Positions 39,058-42,520 of a stretch of 42,520 nt of DNA are shown one piece after another. The DNA is taken from the NCBI GenBank assembly GCA_030611945.1, contig JAUWOV010000003.1, positions 1 to 42,520 on the forward strand, in the 5' to 3' direction. The notes beneath the pieces were generated by a model that searched no databases, was not told the DNA's origin, and saw nothing but the letters and a program-made list of their open reading frames with translations. The DNA is from a bacterium. GTDB taxonomy: Bacteria; JAHJDO01. Each line of letters starts with the position of its first letter. Within the stretch, counting starts at the first letter, position 1. The position numbers and the translations under genes were made by a program.

Positions 39058-39325
39058 GAACTATAAATTGGAATAACAAATAATACTATATTTATAACGT
39101 TTATATTGTGCTGTTACACAGCTAAAGGTTTAAAAGGCGCTTGCTCATCGCAAGCTAACCATTTAAACCTTTCCCCTTTCAGGGTCGCTTACAGCAGAGC
39201 TATAAAAAAGAAGTCCATCTAGTTCTAGCTAATTCCAATGTTTCTTTTTCTAAAATTGCAAAAGAAATCTTGTCTATCAAGGGATAAAACATAAGGCAAA
39301 AGACAGGATTTCAGAGGTTCAAAAA

Positions 39326-39697
39326 ATGATTAAAGACTTAAAAAGCTTTAGATATACTGATAGAGAAAGACTGGAAATAAATGAAGAAAATGAAATAGAT
39401 AAAGAAGATGAGGTAAGAGAAGCAGAAGAAATAATCGGTCAGATTGCTTATGATGAGCGCAAAAAAAGGAAACAGATTATTGATGCTGAAGAAGGAGACT
39501 GGTTCAGGCCAATGCCTAAAAAGTTAGACTATGGTCATGGTATAAAAGTAATACCACATCTGCCATGGATGAGGTATCAATATACATGCCAGAAGTGCAA
39601 GTGCCATGTGGTCTCAACGCCGGGCATAAGTGATGCCATAGAAGGCTGGGAACTGGTTGTATGTAGAAATTGCGGGTACGCGTGGAAAGTGCCATAG
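39326..39697 (+). CDS. Protein with C-terminal Zn ribbon
   Basis: CQKC...CRNCG. Confidence 0.75.
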   Translation: MIKDLKSFRYTDRERLEINEENEIDKEDEVREAEEIIGQIAYDERKKRKQIIDAEEGDWFRPMPKKLDYGHGIKVIPHLPWMRYQYTCQKCKCHVVSTPGISDAIEGWELVVCRNCGYAWKVP

Positions 39698-39970
39698 CAA
39701 TAGCAGATAAAGCGATAGCAGGCAGGTAGATAAATAGAGAGCATAATAGAGCATATAAGAATCTTAGATGCATATAGCAGGATACTAAGCAGGATAGAAT
39801 AGTGAGAGGAAATAACTAAGCGTATAAAGCATAAAGCAGGCCAATGCTGACAGTTTATAGCTTGTAGTTTTTATTTAACAAATAAAATTGAGGATAAAAC
39901 AAAATTGATGGTGGAGATATTAATAAATAATATAATAGTGATAGTAATAATAATATAAAAAATTAATTAT

Positions 39971-39994
39971 AAAAAGGGCTGTTAATCACAGCCC
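39971..39994 (-). terminator. Intrinsic terminator-like hairpin
   Basis: Minus strand GGGCTGT-GATTA-ACAGCCC-TTTTT. Confidence 0.5.
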
Positions 39995-40320
39995 GCCTGC
40001 TTCGCAGCCGGGCTGAAGGTGCTGGTAAAGGTAAGTGTGTAGAAAATAGGTGAGTAAAGGGAGTGAAGTTTTCGGTTTACGGGTTTAATATATAAACTGG
40101 AACGGTAAATCGAAAGCGAAATAACGATAAATAAACGTATTTGATTATAGTGTGTAAGTTAAGATAATATAAGGAGTTAGATTTGATTCGGAAGGGATAA
40201 TAAGTAAAATGAAATCCCCGAATTAAATCAATTATCCACACTACCTTAAAAAGGCAAAAATGTGGTAGGAAATCTAAAAATATACAAATTGGGCTATTTC
40301 TAAAAAAGGGGGATAATGGA

Positions 40321-40575
40321 TTAAGAATAGGTTTCTTTAGTTTTAATCGTATTTCTGATTATATTATCAATTGGAGGTATATCAGGCACGTCTTCCTTTC
40401 TAATCATTTTTTCCAATGTTCCACTATAAACTCTTATAATGGCTGGAGCATCCGGACAAGTTCCACACAGGAAAACATTATACAGCTCAACATTGCCCCT
40501 GCCAGTATGCGGGCTTTCCTGATTGAAATACTTTTCTTCTTTTATGTAAGTAAAGTTATGTTGGTGTTTTTCCAT
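40321..40575 (-). CDS. Small hypothetical protein (HxH...CxxC)
   Basis: HQH and CGTC. Confidence 0.6.
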   Translation of the reverse strand: MEKHQHNFTYIKEEKYFNQESPHTGRGNVELYNVFLCGTCPDAPAIIRVYSGTLEKMIRKEDVPDIPPIDNIIRNTIKTKETYS

Positions 40576-40599
40576 TCTTGTTCCATAGCTTCTTAATTT

Positions 40600-40869
40600 T
40601 TATTGCATTAAATTACGAACTGACTCGGGAATATGCGGGGATTTATTTATATCGCTGGTATTGCAGATAGTGTCTATAACGCTGTAGTCTGCAAAAAATT
40701 CTTCTAAGCCATAGATCGGATAAAAACCGCAGAATTCTTTTTTACCGCATTGATTATACCCGATATTAATCTTGCCATCTCTTATCCCTGCAATAAGATA
40801 ATTAGGCTTTTTGGGCGTAATATATGGACATTTGCCCATTTTAAAAAGATAACATACAGTTTTCCACAA
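40600..40869 (-). CDS. Small Cys-rich hypothetical protein, 5' end possibly cut by the IS
   Basis: Co-oriented ORF abutting the IS end. Confidence 0.45.
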   Translation of the reverse strand: MWKTVCYLFKMGKCPYITPKKPNYLIAGIRDGKINIGYNQCGKKEFCGFYPIYGLEEFFADYSVIDTICNTSDINKSPHIPESVRNLMQ

Positions 40870-40888
40870 AAAAAACCCTGCATGCTGT

Positions 40889-41970
40889 AGAGGGAACGGT
40901 CAACACATCATTACCCCCCTTGGCAGAAAAAGACTGATCTAATCTGATCGCAACATCAAGGTCCAGAGGTGGAATCGTAAGCAGTCGTTTGTCCAAATCA
41001 GGCACCTTCTCTCTAGCTAACTGCCATGGCGTTTTATTCTCTTTGTAAGTATTGGGTCTATGAAGATTAAAGAATAGCTGGTAAGATTAAGCTTTTTGCA
41101 TAAAGTCTAACCTGTTTTTTGGAGATTCTATCTCATAGAATTCTATCTCAATGAGATTATGGACAGTTTCAACATCGGCCTGCATTCTATGCGCTCCGGG
41201 AAATATGGTTCTGTGCACTTGCCCCGGCATAGATTCTATGGCTAATGTGTAGGCGGAAGGGGATTTGGACTGCCAGCTGCCGCAGTATTCCGATCCATTG
41301 TCCGTTTGTCTTATGGAATCAGCAGGCAGGACATTAAATTTATCCAACCAGTAGTTTATGTAGTTAGCGAATATGGTGGAATGAGTTAAGCTTCTTTCGT
41401 CGGCAAATCCTAAAAACTGGATACCACAGCTTATTTCTCTGTAGGTATACTGAACTTTTGGCAGTTTAAGCTGAGTCATTTGAGTCCAGTATTCGGGGAT
41501 ATCGATTAAGTCTTTGGTATCCTCACAAGCGCGTTCAAACAAAGCGAACCGTTTCTTAACTTCGCGAAGGTTGTTTTTGGTCTTATACTTTTTAATCCTT
41601 CTTCTTGAATGGACGTTGGCTTCCCGCCAAATCTTACGCATTGTTTTAGGAGACAAATTAATATCTTCCAACGCTTTTATTTGTTCGGCTCCCAGCCGTT
41701 TGTATTTCTTCTTTAATTTAATAGCCTGCTGTTTAATTTCAGGCGGTGTTTCCCTTGGTGAAGTATGAGGTCTTCTCGAACGGTCTGCTAAACCAGCATA
41801 ACCATTCTCCGTAAGACGCATTATCCACTTACGCACAACACGGGACTGGTATTATATGTCCTGGCAGCAGGCTTACAGCCATGCTTTAAGGCATATTGTA
41901 CCATCTGGTAACGGTGAGCCCTTTTATCTTTACAATTTCTCATAATTTGATAGTATCGCACTGGGCACAT
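40889..41970 (-). pseudogene. IS481-like transposase pseudogene
   Basis: HTH start MCPVRYYQIM (GAGGAGG SD), GLADRSRRPH, EDTKDL, QTDNGSEY and DVETVH. There is a 1-bp frameshift near 41842 and an in-frame TAA at 41087, after which the frame continues (YQLFFNLHRPN...KTPW...GGNDVLTVP). Confidence 0.85.
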
Positions 41971-42023
41971 AATGATATCCTCCTCTTTATTTGGGGAAAA
42001 TTTAAGGAAGATACCTTAATATA

Positions 42024-42410
42024 TTATGTGCCCTTTTTAATTACCATTTTATCCATAGGATCGTTAATGTAGTTATCCCATTCTTTAACCCTTTGCCATT
42101 TCCGGGAGTAACTGTCCCGCGCAGGCCAAACAGTAACCGGCGCGTATTGCTCGTAATATGCGATTTCATTAGTTTGGATAGCAAGAATTTTGTCATCTAT
42201 CTGTTTCTTTCTTGGTTTTCGCTCTCTTGGAACCAGTTCAGCAAACCATCTTTTAAAAAGTCTGGACTCTGTACTTATCTCCCTAAACAGATTACCGTTA
42301 ACTATCAATATTTTCCTGACCCCATCCCGAAAGCTTTCGGGATGGGGTCTCTTGTCTCCTCCACCTAGGGGGTAAGGATGTATCTTACTATTTCCATATT
42401 TTCGCAACAT
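42024..42410 (-). CDS. Hypothetical protein; 5' part crosses a palindromic repeat
   Basis: 128-aa ORF; start uncertain. Confidence 0.45.
   Translation of the reverse strand: MLRKYGNSKIHPYPLGGGDKRPHPESFRDGVRKILIVNGNLFREISTESRLFKRWFAELVPRERKPRKKQIDDKILAIQTNEIAYYEQYAPVTVWPARDSYSRKWQRVKEWDNYINDPMDKMVIKKGT
42318..42349. repeat. Perfect 32-bp palindrome (REP-like)
   Basis: GACCCCATCCCGAAAG|CTTTCGGGATGGGGTC. Confidence 0.9.
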
Positions 42411-42520
42411 ATGCCTTGCTTTAGATTTTGTTTTATGATTTAATAAGTAATGAAGAGAATGTAATTACTCGAAAGGACGAGAAGATAGTCAAACAAAAAA
42501 ACAAAACAAGGAGGGAAAAG

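Larger units (their letters stand above)
23750..40020. mobile_element. Plasmid/virus-like block with archaeal-type expression signals
   Basis: Primase, DUF932, methylase-like, SSB-like and many small Zn-finger ORFs, nearly all on the + strand; BRE-TATA boxes and oligo-T tracts. Boundaries approximate. Confidence 0.6.

Noticed and set aside
39070-39120. Possible integron attC site (TAAC...GTTA)
   Set aside because: Poor core-site match, no clear L boxes and no integron integrase.
40232-40240. DnaA box TTATCCACA
   Set aside because: Single copy with no cluster; compatible with chance.

Overview
The window has three parts. (1) About 1-4.3 kb is bacterial host DNA: a truncated DUF6785-like membrane gene, a DDE insertion sequence, guaB3 and a TRAM-less miaB. 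(2) About 4.3-23.7 kb is an element integrated by a large serine recombinase into the 5' end of miaB, which it re-supplies with a new N-terminus. It carries its own sigma54 activator, two palindromic enhancer-like sites and a -24/-12 promoter. These head a run of about 11 kb of minus-strand genes: radical SAM, DUF669, a HerA/VirD4-like ATPase-nuclease broken by a 22-bp footprint, RDD, a Bub-like Ubl / Cys-less E2 / JAB-E1 cassette, and PEGA and TPR membrane proteins. A divergent, split NACHT-HEAT sensor lies next to the activator. (3) About 23.7-40 kb is a plasmid/virus-like block with archaeal-type signals (BRE-TATA boxes, GGTG(A/G) ribosome-binding sites, hairpin-less oligo-T tracts). It encodes a primase, YkgJ, Fic, DUF932, a methylase-like protein, an SSB-like protein, a frameshifted NUDIX-like/TIR fusion and a second, unrelated ubiquitin-like cassette (622-aa protein, Ubl ending GG-SL, JAB, minimal E1). 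The window ends with a degraded IS481-like element. All family calls come from motif recognition by eye; no database searches were run.
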